Assembly: GCA_964416505.1 (NCBI GenBank)
Contig: CAYQEJ010000001.1
Location: 77,774-141,773 of the forward strand
Reading direction: 5' to 3'
DNA: 64,000 bases
From: an uncultured Gammaproteobacteria bacterium
GTDB lineage: Bacteria; Patescibacteriota; Microgenomatia; Levybacterales; UBA12049
The notes below the pieces were generated by a model. It was not told the DNA's origin and searched no databases. It worked only from the letters and a program-made list of their open reading frames with translations. How positions within the stretch are numbered: the first letter of the stretch is position 1; each line of letters begins with the position of its first letter. Positions 1 to 8,767 of the stretch are shown in pieces. The position numbers and the translations under genes were made by a program.

Positions 1-710
1 CAGAAATAGAAGACCCATTAGTGGCCGAGCAGCTTGCAAGTGACTTAGCGATAGTTGATCATATAATAGAATTAACTGAGTCCGTGAGATCAGATGCAAC
101 TGCAGTAAGAATATCAAATATAGCTATCCAAACTGCTCTTGATCGAGCAAATCTTTTCGAAGAAGTATCAGAAGAGCCAGAGCCAGAAGCAGAGCCTGAA
201 GCTCAAGCTGAAATAACGCCTCCACAGGCTATCACACCAGTTGAAGTTAAAAAAGAGCACAGAGAACCTGATAAAGAGCCTGTTCAACCTGAAAGTCGTG
301 TCGAATTTTACGTGGATGAAGAAGCAAATAATGCAAGAAGAACTGACACGGAAAAAGCAATAGAAGATGCATTTAAGGATAGCGCAGATCCCGAAACGGG
401 CGAAGTAGACGGATCAAAAGTAATTGCTAAACTTTCTCCTGAACCTCCAGATGAGGAGATTAGTGAATTAGTTTTATATACCGGAGGAAAAGTTGATGGA
501 TCCGAAACAGAAAGAAGAAAAGATTTAGCAAGCATGACTTTTGAATCTGAGGAAGCAGGTCGCGAAGCAAACGAAAGAGCAATTGCAAAAAATAATGCTG
601 TTACTTTCAAACAGGCTTCAAAAAGAGCCACTGACGCTGAAGTTGCGAAAGTTAAAAGTAAAACAGAGTTTAAAGTTTTAGAAACTCAAATATTTCCCCT
701 AGCAGCTTGA
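1..710 (+). CDS. Acidic, low-complexity hypothetical protein, probably 5'-partial
   Basis: ORF 21..710; the frame stays open back to the window start. Glu/Pro-rich (EEPEPEAEPEAQAE), no recognisable domain. Confidence 0.6.
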   Translation, partial: EIEDPLVAEQLASDLAIVDHIIELTESVRSDATAVRISNIAIQTALDRANLFEEVSEEPEPEAEPEAQAEITPPQAITPVEVKKEHREPDKEPVQPESRVEFYVDEEANNARRTDTEKAIEDAFKDSADPETGEVDGSKVIAKLSPEPPDEEISELVLYTGGKVDGSETERRKDLASMTFESEEAGREANERAIAKNNAVTFKQASKRATDAEVAKVKSKTEFKVLETQIFPLAA

Positions 711-780
711 GCGGGATACGAGAATCGAACTCGCGTCTCTTCCTTGGGAAGGAAATATTCTACCACTGAACCAATCCCGC
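710..780 (-). tRNA. tRNA-Gly(CCC), CCA not encoded
   Basis: Minus strand reads GCGGGAT TG GTTC AGTGGTA GAAT A TTTCC TTCCCAA GGAAG AGAC GCGAG TTCGATT CTCGT ATCCCGC T. Full cloverleaf, anticodon CCC, U discriminator. Confidence 0.95.
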
Positions 781-825
781 GAACTAAGTGAATTTTATCA
801 TAGTTATTGGTAAGATATTGCTAAG

Positions 826-1953
826 TTGAATAAGGTATTAAGATTTATTTCGTTGGCCTTTTTTATTTGCTCTTTTCTGGTAATGGCAAAAGTCATTCTT
901 AATCCCACATATCCAGATTTTACAAATTATTATTACGGTCCTAAATTAGCTTTTGAAGGAATTAGCCCATACTTACCAAACGAAAATCTTTTTACTCCCA
1001 CCACCTATCCTCCCACATTATTCCCAATTTTTAAATTTTTATCTTATTTAGATTTCATACTTGCAGGAAAGATTTGGACAATTGGATCTATATTTTCTCT
1101 TCTACTATCTTTAATTATTTTATTTAAAATTTATAAACAAAATCTTTTTTCAAATACAGTATTATTTATTTCGGGATTAACATTCCTTTCTTTTCCAATA
1201 AAGTTTAGCCTTGGAATGGGTCAAATAAATCTCTATATTCTTCTTTTAATAGTTTTATTCATTTATTTTCTAAATAAAGGTATGTCCAGAGCAGGAGCAT
1301 TTCTTTCTTTTGCCATAATCTTAAAGCTATTCCCTGTTTTTTTAATTCCCTATTTAGTTATTTTAAAAAAGTGGAAAATTTTACTGATAATCTTTTCTAT
1401 ATTTTTTACAATTTCAGTTATTACTTATTTGGTTTTGGGACGTGAAATTAATATTTATTATATTCAGAAAATAGCTCCAACTCTTATGGACTCCTGGAAG
1501 GGAAATTATTATAGTCAGTCATTATCAGGATTATTAACCCGCGAAATATCAGACCTGCGAGAAAGACAAATCCTAAAAAATATTATTTCCGCAGGAATGC
1601 TAGGGCTAACTTTTATTTTATTGGTTCTTAATAGGGACGTGAAGCGTGATGAGCTGATTTTAAAAATTTCTACTTTGATTAATTTAAATGTATTAATTAA
1701 TGGCTTTTCATGGCAACATCATTTTGTGTGGATGATTATTCCTTTAATTTCAACCTTCTTTTATATAAAAAATAAAAAACTTGGAATTTTTTACTTCGTT
1801 ATCCTTTTAGCATCATATATTTTAATTTCGTTTAACTTTAAAGATACAAATGGAATAAATTCTGTTTTACTCTCACATGTATTTTATGGAGGAGTAATTT
1901 TGTGGATTCTACAGTTACGCCTAATTTCGAAGGGGATTAAAAAAATTTTATAA
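826..1953 (+). CDS. Membrane glycosyltransferase, GT87/DUF2029-like (GT-C fold)
   Basis: Polytopic protein with motifs DF..YY, YPP, GQIN, KLFP, SQS and SWQHH, typical of GT87 mannosyltransferase-like proteins. Confidence 0.75.
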   Translation: MNKVLRFISLAFFICSFLVMAKVILNPTYPDFTNYYYGPKLAFEGISPYLPNENLFTPTTYPPTLFPIFKFLSYLDFILAGKIWTIGSIFSLLLSLIILFKIYKQNLFSNTVLFISGLTFLSFPIKFSLGMGQINLYILLLIVLFIYFLNKGMSRAGAFLSFAIILKLFPVFLIPYLVILKKWKILLIIFSIFFTISVITYLVLGREINIYYIQKIAPTLMDSWKGNYYSQSLSGLLTREISDLRERQILKNIISAGMLGLTFILLVLNRDVKRDELILKISTLINLNVLINGFSWQHHFVWMIIPLISTFFYIKNKKLGIFYFVILLASYILISFNFKDTNGINSVLLSHVFYGGVILWILQLRLISKGIKKIL

Positions 1954-2394
1954 TTTTGGAATAATAACTTTTGTTCCTGGAGCTACATTATTTGCCTGTT
2001 CCTCAGTTAGGTTATTTGCTTTAGCTATATCTACCCATCTGTATCCGTCACCATAAAACTTAACTGCAACATCCCAAAGACCTTCACCTTCCCCAAGCGT
2101 ATATGTTTGGTTTGCTGGAGACACTATCTCTTCTGGAATACTCTTTTCATTAACTACCGGAGAATCGCTATCAATTGTTTGAACTCCTGATTCTTTAATA
2201 AATAGGAAAAATACCATGGAAATTCCTAGAACCACTACTGCACCGAGAACTAAAGAAATATATGATTCCCCTAGCTTTAGTTGTGAAGAAATATCATGAG
2301 CAAATTTGTTTGCACTGATTTTTAAATCATTTTTAGAAGCTACTGCTGCCTTTTTTGTAACTTTCTTAGTTGTCTTTTTTGTTTTCTTTGCCAT
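1948..2394 (-). CDS. Single-TM LysM peptidoglycan-binding protein
   Basis: Lys-rich N-terminus, one TM helix, C-terminal YTLGEGEGLWDVAVKFYGDGYRWVDIAKANNL...PGTKVIIP (LysM). Confidence 0.85.
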   Translation of the reverse strand: MAKKTKKTTKKVTKKAAVASKNDLKISANKFAHDISSQLKLGESYISLVLGAVVVLGISMVFFLFIKESGVQTIDSDSPVVNEKSIPEEIVSPANQTYTLGEGEGLWDVAVKFYGDGYRWVDIAKANNLTEEQANNVAPGTKVIIPKL

Positions 2395-2483
2395 GTTTAG
2401 ATTAACAAACCAAGTATATCACATGAGTCAATACCCATTTGCGCACATTTTCCTATTCTGGTAAAATTACGTTCAGCTAGTCT

Positions 2484-2561
2484 GGGGTGGTAGCTCAGTT
2501 TGGTTAGAGCGCTTCCCTGTCACGGAAGAGGTCGCGGGTTCGAGTCCCGTCCACCCCGCCA
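2484..2561 (+). tRNA. tRNA-Asp(GTC), CCA encoded
   Basis: GGGGTGG TA GCTC AGTTTGGTTA GAGC G CTTCC CTGTCAC GGAAG AGGTC GCGGG TTCGAGT CCCGT CCACCCC G CCA. Upstream TTGCGC-17-TAAAAT promoter. Confidence 0.97.
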
Positions 2562-2583
2562 GATTAGATTAATCTTCTTAAAC

Positions 2584-4344
2584 GTGACCAATAAAGAAAT
2601 TGCCGAACTTTTCAGAAATGTTGCCGCTTCTTATTCAATAAAGAATGATGCTAAATTTAGATTTCAACTCCTTGCATATCAAAACGCAGCTGATGCAATC
2701 GAAGGATTATCTACTCAAGTAAGTGATTTTTACAAAGAAGGAAAACTTGATCAAATTCCGGGAATTGGCACTACTCTAAAACAAAGACTCGAGGAACTTT
2801 TAAAAACTGGAAAAGTAGTGCATTTCGAAGAAGTGATGAAAGGAATTCCAGAACCAGTTTTCTTACTTATGAAAGTGCCATCAATTGGCCCTAAGAAAGC
2901 ATACAAGCTAGCGACGGAGTTCAAGCTTAACAAAAATGAAACTGCGATCGAGAGCTTAAAAAAAGTTGGGGAAAAAGGAGAAATCGCAAAACTTGAAGGA
3001 TTTGGAGAAAAATCGGAAAAGGATATTCTTAGAGCTCTTGAAGAATATAAAAAAGGTTATGGCAAAACCACAAAAATGCTTCTTCCTTATGCAGGAGAAA
3101 TTGCTGAAGACATGATCAATTATCTTTTTCAAGATAAAAATGTAAAAGAAGCAATGCCACTTGGATCTTTAAGAAGAAGAAAACCACTTGTAGGAGACAT
3201 AGATATCGCAGTTGTCTCTAAGGATCCCGCAAATACTATTGATCATTTCACCAAATATCCTCGGGCTGGAAGAATAATTGAGAAAGGACCAAGCGGATCC
3301 TCACTTCTAACATCTGGAGGAGCACAAATAGATCTTTTAGTACTTGAGCCAGATCAATGGGGCTCTTTACTTCAGCATTTCACCGGCAGCAAAGACCACA
3401 ATGTACACCTAAGAGAACTCGCTTTAAAAAAAGGGCTTTCTTTAAATGAAAAAGGAATTAAAAATGTAAAAACAGAAAAACTTGAGAAATTCTCAAATGA
3501 AGAAGATTTTTATAAAAAAATAGGCATGGACTGGATACCTCCGGAAATGAGAGAAGACTCTGGGGAAATAGAACTTGCGCTCCTGCATAAATTACCAAAA
3601 ATAATTGAAGTTAAAGATATAAAAGGAGATTTTCATCTTCACTCAAGCTTTCCCGTAGAACAATCGCATGACCAGGGCCAAAGTTCAATTGAAGAAATGG
3701 TTTTATTTGCCAAGAAAATAGGCTATGAATATCTGGGATTTTCAGAACACAATCCTAGTCAATCCAAACACACAAAATCTCAAATCGTAAGTTTAATAAA
3801 AAAAAGAAATGAAGAAATAGACAGAGTTTCTAAGAAAAATAATTTTCCAATTTTTAAACTTATGGAAACAGATATCCTTCCGGATGGATCCTTGGCTCTT
3901 CCAGATGAAGCGCTCGATCAGCTTGATGGATCAATCGTTTCAATCCATAGTGTATTTAAAATGGATAAGGATGAAATGACAAAAAGAGTCATTAAGGGTC
4001 TTTCGCATCCGAAAGCTAAAATTCTCGCTCATCCCACTGGAAGACTTCTTAACGAAAGGTCTGGATATGAACTTGATTTCGAAACACTTTTTAAATTTTG
4101 CAAAGAAAACAATAAAGCTCTTGAAATTAACGCATATCCAAACAGGCTTGATCTAGAGGGGCCACTTATTAAGATGGCAATCGAATTTGAAATAAAACTG
4201 ACAATTGATACCGACTCACATCAGGTATCACAAATGAGTCTTATGCCTTATGGAGTATCTCAAGCAAGAAGAGGATGGGCAACAAAAAAAGATATACTAA
4301 ATTGCGCAAATTATGAAGATGTTGTAGAATGGTTTAAGAGCTAA
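2584..4344 (+). CDS. polX: DNA polymerase X / PHP 3'-5' exonuclease
   Basis: N-terminus (M)TNKEIAELF, HhH motifs (IPGIG, VPSIGPK), GSLRR, GDID, HFTGSKDHN, PHP D-F-H-L-H-S and DSH. Start moved to GTG 2584 because the ORF-track start lies inside tRNA-Asp. Confidence 0.92.
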   Translation: MTNKEIAELFRNVAASYSIKNDAKFRFQLLAYQNAADAIEGLSTQVSDFYKEGKLDQIPGIGTTLKQRLEELLKTGKVVHFEEVMKGIPEPVFLLMKVPSIGPKKAYKLATEFKLNKNETAIESLKKVGEKGEIAKLEGFGEKSEKDILRALEEYKKGYGKTTKMLLPYAGEIAEDMINYLFQDKNVKEAMPLGSLRRRKPLVGDIDIAVVSKDPANTIDHFTKYPRAGRIIEKGPSGSSLLTSGGAQIDLLVLEPDQWGSLLQHFTGSKDHNVHLRELALKKGLSLNEKGIKNVKTEKLEKFSNEEDFYKKIGMDWIPPEMREDSGEIELALLHKLPKIIEVKDIKGDFHLHSSFPVEQSHDQGQSSIEEMVLFAKKIGYEYLGFSEHNPSQSKHTKSQIVSLIKKRNEEIDRVSKKNNFPIFKLMETDILPDGSLALPDEALDQLDGSIVSIHSVFKMDKDEMTKRVIKGLSHPKAKILAHPTGRLLNERSGYELDFETLFKFCKENNKALEINAYPNRLDLEGPLIKMAIEFEIKLTIDTDSHQVSQMSLMPYGVSQARRGWATKKDILNCANYEDVVEWFKS

Positions 4345-4345
4345 A

Positions 4346-4897
4346 ATGAATATAACAATTATTATCGCAGTCGCAGTAGGAGCATTAATTTTATTTGGTC
4401 TCTACCTTTACAATTCACTTATTTCTGCAAAACTAAGAGTCGGAGAAGCTTTTTCTCAAATTGATGTTCAATTAAAAAGAAGAACTGATCTCATCCCAAA
4501 TTTAGTTGAAACAGTAAAAGGATATGCAAAACAGGAAAAAGAAGTATTCACAAAAGTAACGGAACTTAGATCAAGCCTAATGCAAGCTAAATCTCCAGAA
4601 AAGAAAGCTGAAGTAAATAATCAGTTAACAGATGCTTTAAAATCAATTTTTGCTGTAGCTGAAGCATATCCACAACTTAGATCAAGCGAAAATTTTAAGG
4701 CTCTTCAGGATGAGTTATCAGATACAGAAAATAAAATTGCTTACTCCAGACAGTTCTACAATTCAAACGTATTAGATTACAATACAAAGCTTCAGGTTTT
4801 CCCAAATGTTTTATTTGCAAGAATTCTGAATTTTAAACCAGCAGAATTCTTTGGTGCTACTGAAGAGGAAAGAAAGACAGTTAAAGTTAGCTTCTAA
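4346..4897 (+). CDS. lemA: LemA family protein
   Basis: N-terminal TM; IDVQLKRR.DLIPNLV and EAYPQLRSSENF motifs. Confidence 0.95.
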   Translation: MNITIIIAVAVGALILFGLYLYNSLISAKLRVGEAFSQIDVQLKRRTDLIPNLVETVKGYAKQEKEVFTKVTELRSSLMQAKSPEKKAEVNNQLTDALKSIFAVAEAYPQLRSSENFKALQDELSDTENKIAYSRQFYNSNVLDYNTKLQVFPNVLFARILNFKPAEFFGATEEERKTVKVSF

Positions 4898-4901
4898 TTC
4901 T

Positions 4902-5789
4902 ATGAACATCTACGGTGCAATTTCCCAGAACAAGTGGAAAACTTGGATAATAATGACTCTTTTCATAGTCTTCATATCCACGCTTGTTTACGTAATGAGT
5001 AAAGCCTTTGGACTAAGCGCTCTTTCTATGACTGGAGTTGCTCTAATTATCGCAGGAGTAATGAGCATAGGAAGTTTTTACTACTCAGACAAATTGGTAA
5101 TAACTACTTCGGGAGCAAGACAGATTAAAAAAGACGAATTTCCTGAATATTTTCGAACTGTAGAAAATCTTGCTATTGCTGCAGGACTTCCTACGCCTAA
5201 AATCTACATTATCGATGATGCTTCTCCGAATGCATTTGCAACTGGAAGAGATCCAAAACATGCTGTAGTAGCAGCAACCACAGGATTACTTAATATAATG
5301 AACAAGGCAGAATTAGAAGGAGTTATCGCGCATGAGTTATCACACGTAAAAAACTACGATATTAGATTGGCTGGAGTAGTTGCTGTACTTGTAGGTTTTG
5401 TAGCAATATTATCTGATTTATTCATTCGCGCAAGTTTTTTTAGAGATTCAGATGATAACAAAGGTAACGCTATATTTTTAATCGTAGCGCTTGTCTTAGC
5501 AATCCTCTCTCCTATCGCTGCATCACTAATCCAGCTTGCAGTAAGTAGAAAAAGAGAGTATTTAGCAGATGCATCTGGCGCGCTTTTAACCAGATATCCG
5601 GAAGGTCTTGCTTCTGCTTTAGAAAAGCTTAAGAATGACCACACTCCACCTAGATCTGCAAGCAATGCAACAGCACATTTATTTATCGAGAATCCTTTTG
5701 ACAATAAAAAGGTAAAGAATCTTTTTACAGGACTTTTCAATACTCATCCCCCACTTGACGAAAGAATTAAGATACTTCGCTCCATGTAG
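4902..5789 (+). CDS. htpX: M48 zinc metalloprotease HtpX
   Basis: PNAFATG, HELSH (HExxH), SRKREYLAD and THPP; follows lemA. Start taken at ATG 4902. Confidence 0.93.
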   Translation: MNIYGAISQNKWKTWIIMTLFIVFISTLVYVMSKAFGLSALSMTGVALIIAGVMSIGSFYYSDKLVITTSGARQIKKDEFPEYFRTVENLAIAAGLPTPKIYIIDDASPNAFATGRDPKHAVVAATTGLLNIMNKAELEGVIAHELSHVKNYDIRLAGVVAVLVGFVAILSDLFIRASFFRDSDDNKGNAIFLIVALVLAILSPIAASLIQLAVSRKREYLADASGALLTRYPEGLASALEKLKNDHTPPRSASNATAHLFIENPFDNKKVKNLFTGLFNTHPPLDERIKILRSM

Positions 5790-5793
5790 TTCA

Positions 5794-5802
5794 TGATAAA
5801 AT
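5794..5802 (+). promoter_or_regulatory. Extended -10 promoter for murT-gatD (leaderless)
   Basis: TGaTAAAAT lies 7 nt before the GTG start at 5810. Confidence 0.55.
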
Positions 5803-5809
5803 TAAATCA

Positions 5810-7105
5810 GTGAATTTAATTCTTGTCATTTTAGGAAAACTTTTCATAACTACCTCACAAATTTTTAATCTTGGGAATGGCTCCACATGGCCGGGTCATA
5901 TAGCTTTAAGCACAAATCCAAAATTCATAAAAGAATCTTTAAAAAAAACAAAAACAAAAATTATTTTGGTCGCTGGTACTAATGGAAAAACCACTACAGG
6001 TGCTCTAATTTCACACATATTTCTTGGAAATAACAAATCAGTGATTCACAATTCCTCAGGAGCAAATCTTTTAAATGGATTAGCTTCAGCGATTATTTCA
6101 TCCTATAACATTAGCTTCGCAAGGCCAGGCCTTGCGAGGCTAGATGCAGATTATTTAGTATTTGAAGTTGATGAAAATGCACTTCCAAAAGTTTTAGAAA
6201 ATTTAACTCCAAATTACGTTATTTGCTTAAACCTTTTTAGAGACCAATTGGATAGATATGGAGAAATTGATTCGATATCAAGGAGATGGAAAGAAGCATT
6301 TAGAAAAATAGATGATAGGACAACGCTTATCTTAAACGCAGATGATCCACAAATCTCCTATCTTGGAAAAGATACAAATGCAAAAATAAAATATTTTGGA
6401 CTTGACGAAAAAGGAATTGATGTAACAAAACATGGTGCTGACTCTATTTACTGTCCCAAATGCTCTACCAAGTTAAACTACGAAAAAGTGTTTTATTCTC
6501 ACTTGGGAATTTGGAATTGTCCAAATTGCAAAATTAAAAGACCATCTCCTGAAAATATAGAAATTTCCTCAAATCCCCTTCCAGGAATTCATAACAAATA
6601 CAATCTTCAAGCGGCTATTACTGTCGCTCTTTCTGAAAACACAAGTCAAATCTTAATTAATGACGCATTAAATAAATTTACTCCAGCATTTGGAAGAGGC
6701 GAAAAGATTGTTTATAAAGGGAAAACGATTCAATTATTCTTATCAAAAAACCCAACAAGCTTTAATCAGAGTCTTGATACTATTAAGGATTTGGGTGGAA
6801 AAAACATTATGTTTATCTTAAACGACGCGATTCCCGATGGAAAAGATATAAGCTGGATTTGGGATATTAATCTGGAAGAAATCCTTACAAAGGACATGAA
6901 CATAGGTGTAACTGGTAACAGAATGCTGGATATGAGTCTAAGAATTAAATATAGTGAATTTTTTGCACATCATAATACGAATACACAAATCCTATTAGAC
7001 AATATGGTAAATTCTTTAGATTCAGACGAAACTCTTTATATTCTCCCAAACTACTCAGCAATGCTCGATATTAGAAAAATTCTAACAGGCAAAAAAATCT
7101 TATGA
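5810..7105 (+). CDS. murT: Lipid II isoglutaminyl synthase subunit MurT (Mur ligase + DUF1727)
   Basis: GTNGKTTT P-loop, FEVDE, NLFRDQLDRYGE, CPKC..CPNC zinc finger, KNP, DGKDISWIWD; coupled to gatD. Confidence 0.92.
   Translation: MNLILVILGKLFITTSQIFNLGNGSTWPGHIALSTNPKFIKESLKKTKTKIILVAGTNGKTTTGALISHIFLGNNKSVIHNSSGANLLNGLASAIISSYNISFARPGLARLDADYLVFEVDENALPKVLENLTPNYVICLNLFRDQLDRYGEIDSISRRWKEAFRKIDDRTTLILNADDPQISYLGKDTNAKIKYFGLDEKGIDVTKHGADSIYCPKCSTKLNYEKVFYSHLGIWNCPNCKIKRPSPENIEISSNPLPGIHNKYNLQAAITVALSENTSQILINDALNKFTPAFGRGEKIVYKGKTIQLFLSKNPTSFNQSLDTIKDLGGKNIMFILNDAIPDGKDISWIWDINLEEILTKDMNIGVTGNRMLDMSLRIKYSEFFAHHNTNTQILLDNMVNSLDSDETLYILPNYSAMLDIRKILTGKKIL
6102..6143 (+). repeat. Palindromic element copy 1, in frame inside murT
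   Basis: cctataacat TAGCTTCGCAAGGCC A GGCCTTGCGAGGCTA g. 15-bp arms at 6112-6126 and 6128-6142 with one T:G pair. Confidence 0.95.
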
Positions 7106-7833
7106 AACAGAAATTGACAATTGGTTGGTTATATCCCGAGCTGATGAATATTTATGGTGACCGGGGAAATATCATAGCTTTAGTTAAACGCTCTACTTGG
7201 AGACAAATAAAAACTGAGGTAGAAAATTTAAATCCTGGTTTTTCAGATGATGCTTTAAGAAAATGCGACATTCTGATTATGGGAGGAGCTCAAGATAAGC
7301 AGCAGTCTATTGTTAACGAAGATCTTAAAAAGCATCATAAAACTCTCTCAGAAATGATAGATGAAGGAACTCCTGGACTTTTTGTATGCGGTGGATTCCA
7401 GTTTTTAGGAAACTATTATAAAGAAGCTGATGGTACGATTATCGATGGGCTTGGAATATTCGACCTTAACACCCAAAACCCTGGCCAAGAAAGCGGAAGA
7501 CTAATTGGAAATATAATAATTGAGCCTCTTGTTACTGGCCTTTCTAAACCTATTGTTGGGTTTGAAAATCATGGAGGAAGAACTGTACTTGGAGCAAACA
7601 TCAAACCATTTGGGAAAGTTTTAAAAGGTCATGGAAATAATGATGATGGTTTCGAAGGAGCTATTTATAAAAATAGCTTTGGAACATACATGCATGGTCC
7701 AATTTTACCAAAGAATCCTGAGCTTACTGATTTATTAATCAAACTTTCTCTTAAAGCAGAAGAGCTCCTACCACTTGATGATAAAATTGAGAATCAAGCA
7801 AATGAATTTATTCAAAAACTTTTGATTAAATAG
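7102..7833 (+). CDS. gatD: Glutamine amidotransferase GatD (CobQ-like)
   Basis: LYPELMNIYGDRGN, catalytic CGGFQ, GFENHGG, YMHGPILPKNP. Confidence 0.92.
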   Translation: MKQKLTIGWLYPELMNIYGDRGNIIALVKRSTWRQIKTEVENLNPGFSDDALRKCDILIMGGAQDKQQSIVNEDLKKHHKTLSEMIDEGTPGLFVCGGFQFLGNYYKEADGTIIDGLGIFDLNTQNPGQESGRLIGNIIIEPLVTGLSKPIVGFENHGGRTVLGANIKPFGKVLKGHGNNDDGFEGAIYKNSFGTYMHGPILPKNPELTDLLIKLSLKAEELLPLDDKIENQANEFIQKLLIK

Positions 7834-7836
7834 AGA

Positions 7837-7865
7837 TTGAATAGCCTCGAGACATAGAATATAAT
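7837..7865 (+). promoter_or_regulatory. Sigma70-type promoter for gatC (leaderless)
   Basis: TTGAAT(7837-42)-17 nt-TATAAT(7860-65), 6 nt before the gatC ATG. Confidence 0.7.
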
Positions 7866-7871
7866 TACCTC

Positions 7872-8156
7872 ATGAAGTTTGATATAAAACACGTAGCCAA
7901 ATTGGCAAATCTCTCTCTTTCAGACGAAGAAGAAAAAAAATTCTCCGCTCAACTTGAAGAAACAGTAAGCTACATTGAGGGATTGAATGAAGTAGATACA
8001 AATGGTGTCTCCCCTACATCACAGGTTACAGGACTTGAAAATATAACCCGTGAAGACGAAGTTACTCAATCACTTTCTCAAGAAGAAGCACTTTCAAATG
8101 CCAAGTCTACCCATAATGGGTTTTTCAGAGTTAAAGGAATATTAAATAATGAATAA
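7872..8156 (+). CDS. gatC: Asp/Glu-tRNA amidotransferase subunit C
   Basis: HVAKLANL, L.EVDT..V.PT and REDEV motifs; upstream of gatA/gatB. Confidence 0.93.
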   Translation: MKFDIKHVAKLANLSLSDEEEKKFSAQLEETVSYIEGLNEVDTNGVSPTSQVTGLENITREDEVTQSLSQEEALSNAKSTHNGFFRVKGILNNE

Positions 8157-8766
8157 CCTTACCACATTTTACCTTGTAAGGCATGGTGAAACCGAAGACA
8201 ACGTTAATCACATAATTCAAGGTCAAACAGACTCCCCTCTTACGGAAAATGGGATTGAGGAAATAAAAAAAGTTGCGAAAAAACTTAAAGGAGTAAAATT
8301 TGATCTAGCTTTTTCTTCAGATCTTTTGAGAGCTAAAAGGACTGCAGAAATAATTGCTTTAGAGCACAAACTGGAAGTTACAACATCAGAAATAATAAGG
8401 GAAAGAAACTTTGGAGAGTTTGAAAAGAGACCCAATACTGAATATGCAGAAAAAGTAAATTCCTTACTAGATAAACTCTCAGATGAAGAGAGACGATCAT
8501 TTGATAAATTTGGCATGGAAAGCGAAAATAGTTTAGTAGAAAGATTAACTACTTTTATTAGAGAAGTTGCCGTCGCAAATCCTGGAAAAAAAGTATTAGT
8601 CGTAGCACACGGCGCCATAATAAGATATTTCTTAATCAGATTAGGAGTCGGCGATTATAAAACATTTAGAGGATCGAGCATCAAAAACGTGGGATTTGTA
8701 AAAATTGAATCTGACGGAACTGATTTTTTTGTAAAAGAATTAAGCGGAATACAATTCGTGAATTAA
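8149..8766 (+). CDS. Histidine phosphatase (phosphoglycerate mutase family)
   Basis: RHGET, SSDLLRA, RERNFGEFE and VAHG motifs. Confidence 0.9.
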   Translation: MNNLTTFYLVRHGETEDNVNHIIQGQTDSPLTENGIEEIKKVAKKLKGVKFDLAFSSDLLRAKRTAEIIALEHKLEVTTSEIIRERNFGEFEKRPNTEYAEKVNSLLDKLSDEERRSFDKFGMESENSLVERLTTFIREVAVANPGKKVLVVAHGAIIRYFLIRLGVGDYKTFRGSSIKNVGFVKIESDGTDFFVKELSGIQFVN

Positions 8767-8767
8767 T

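Noticed and set aside
2500-2583. N-terminal extension of PolX in the ORF track
   Set aside because: It is a translation of tRNA-Asp. The same artefact affects ORF starts 26372 (tRNA-Thr) and 53058 (tRNA-Val).
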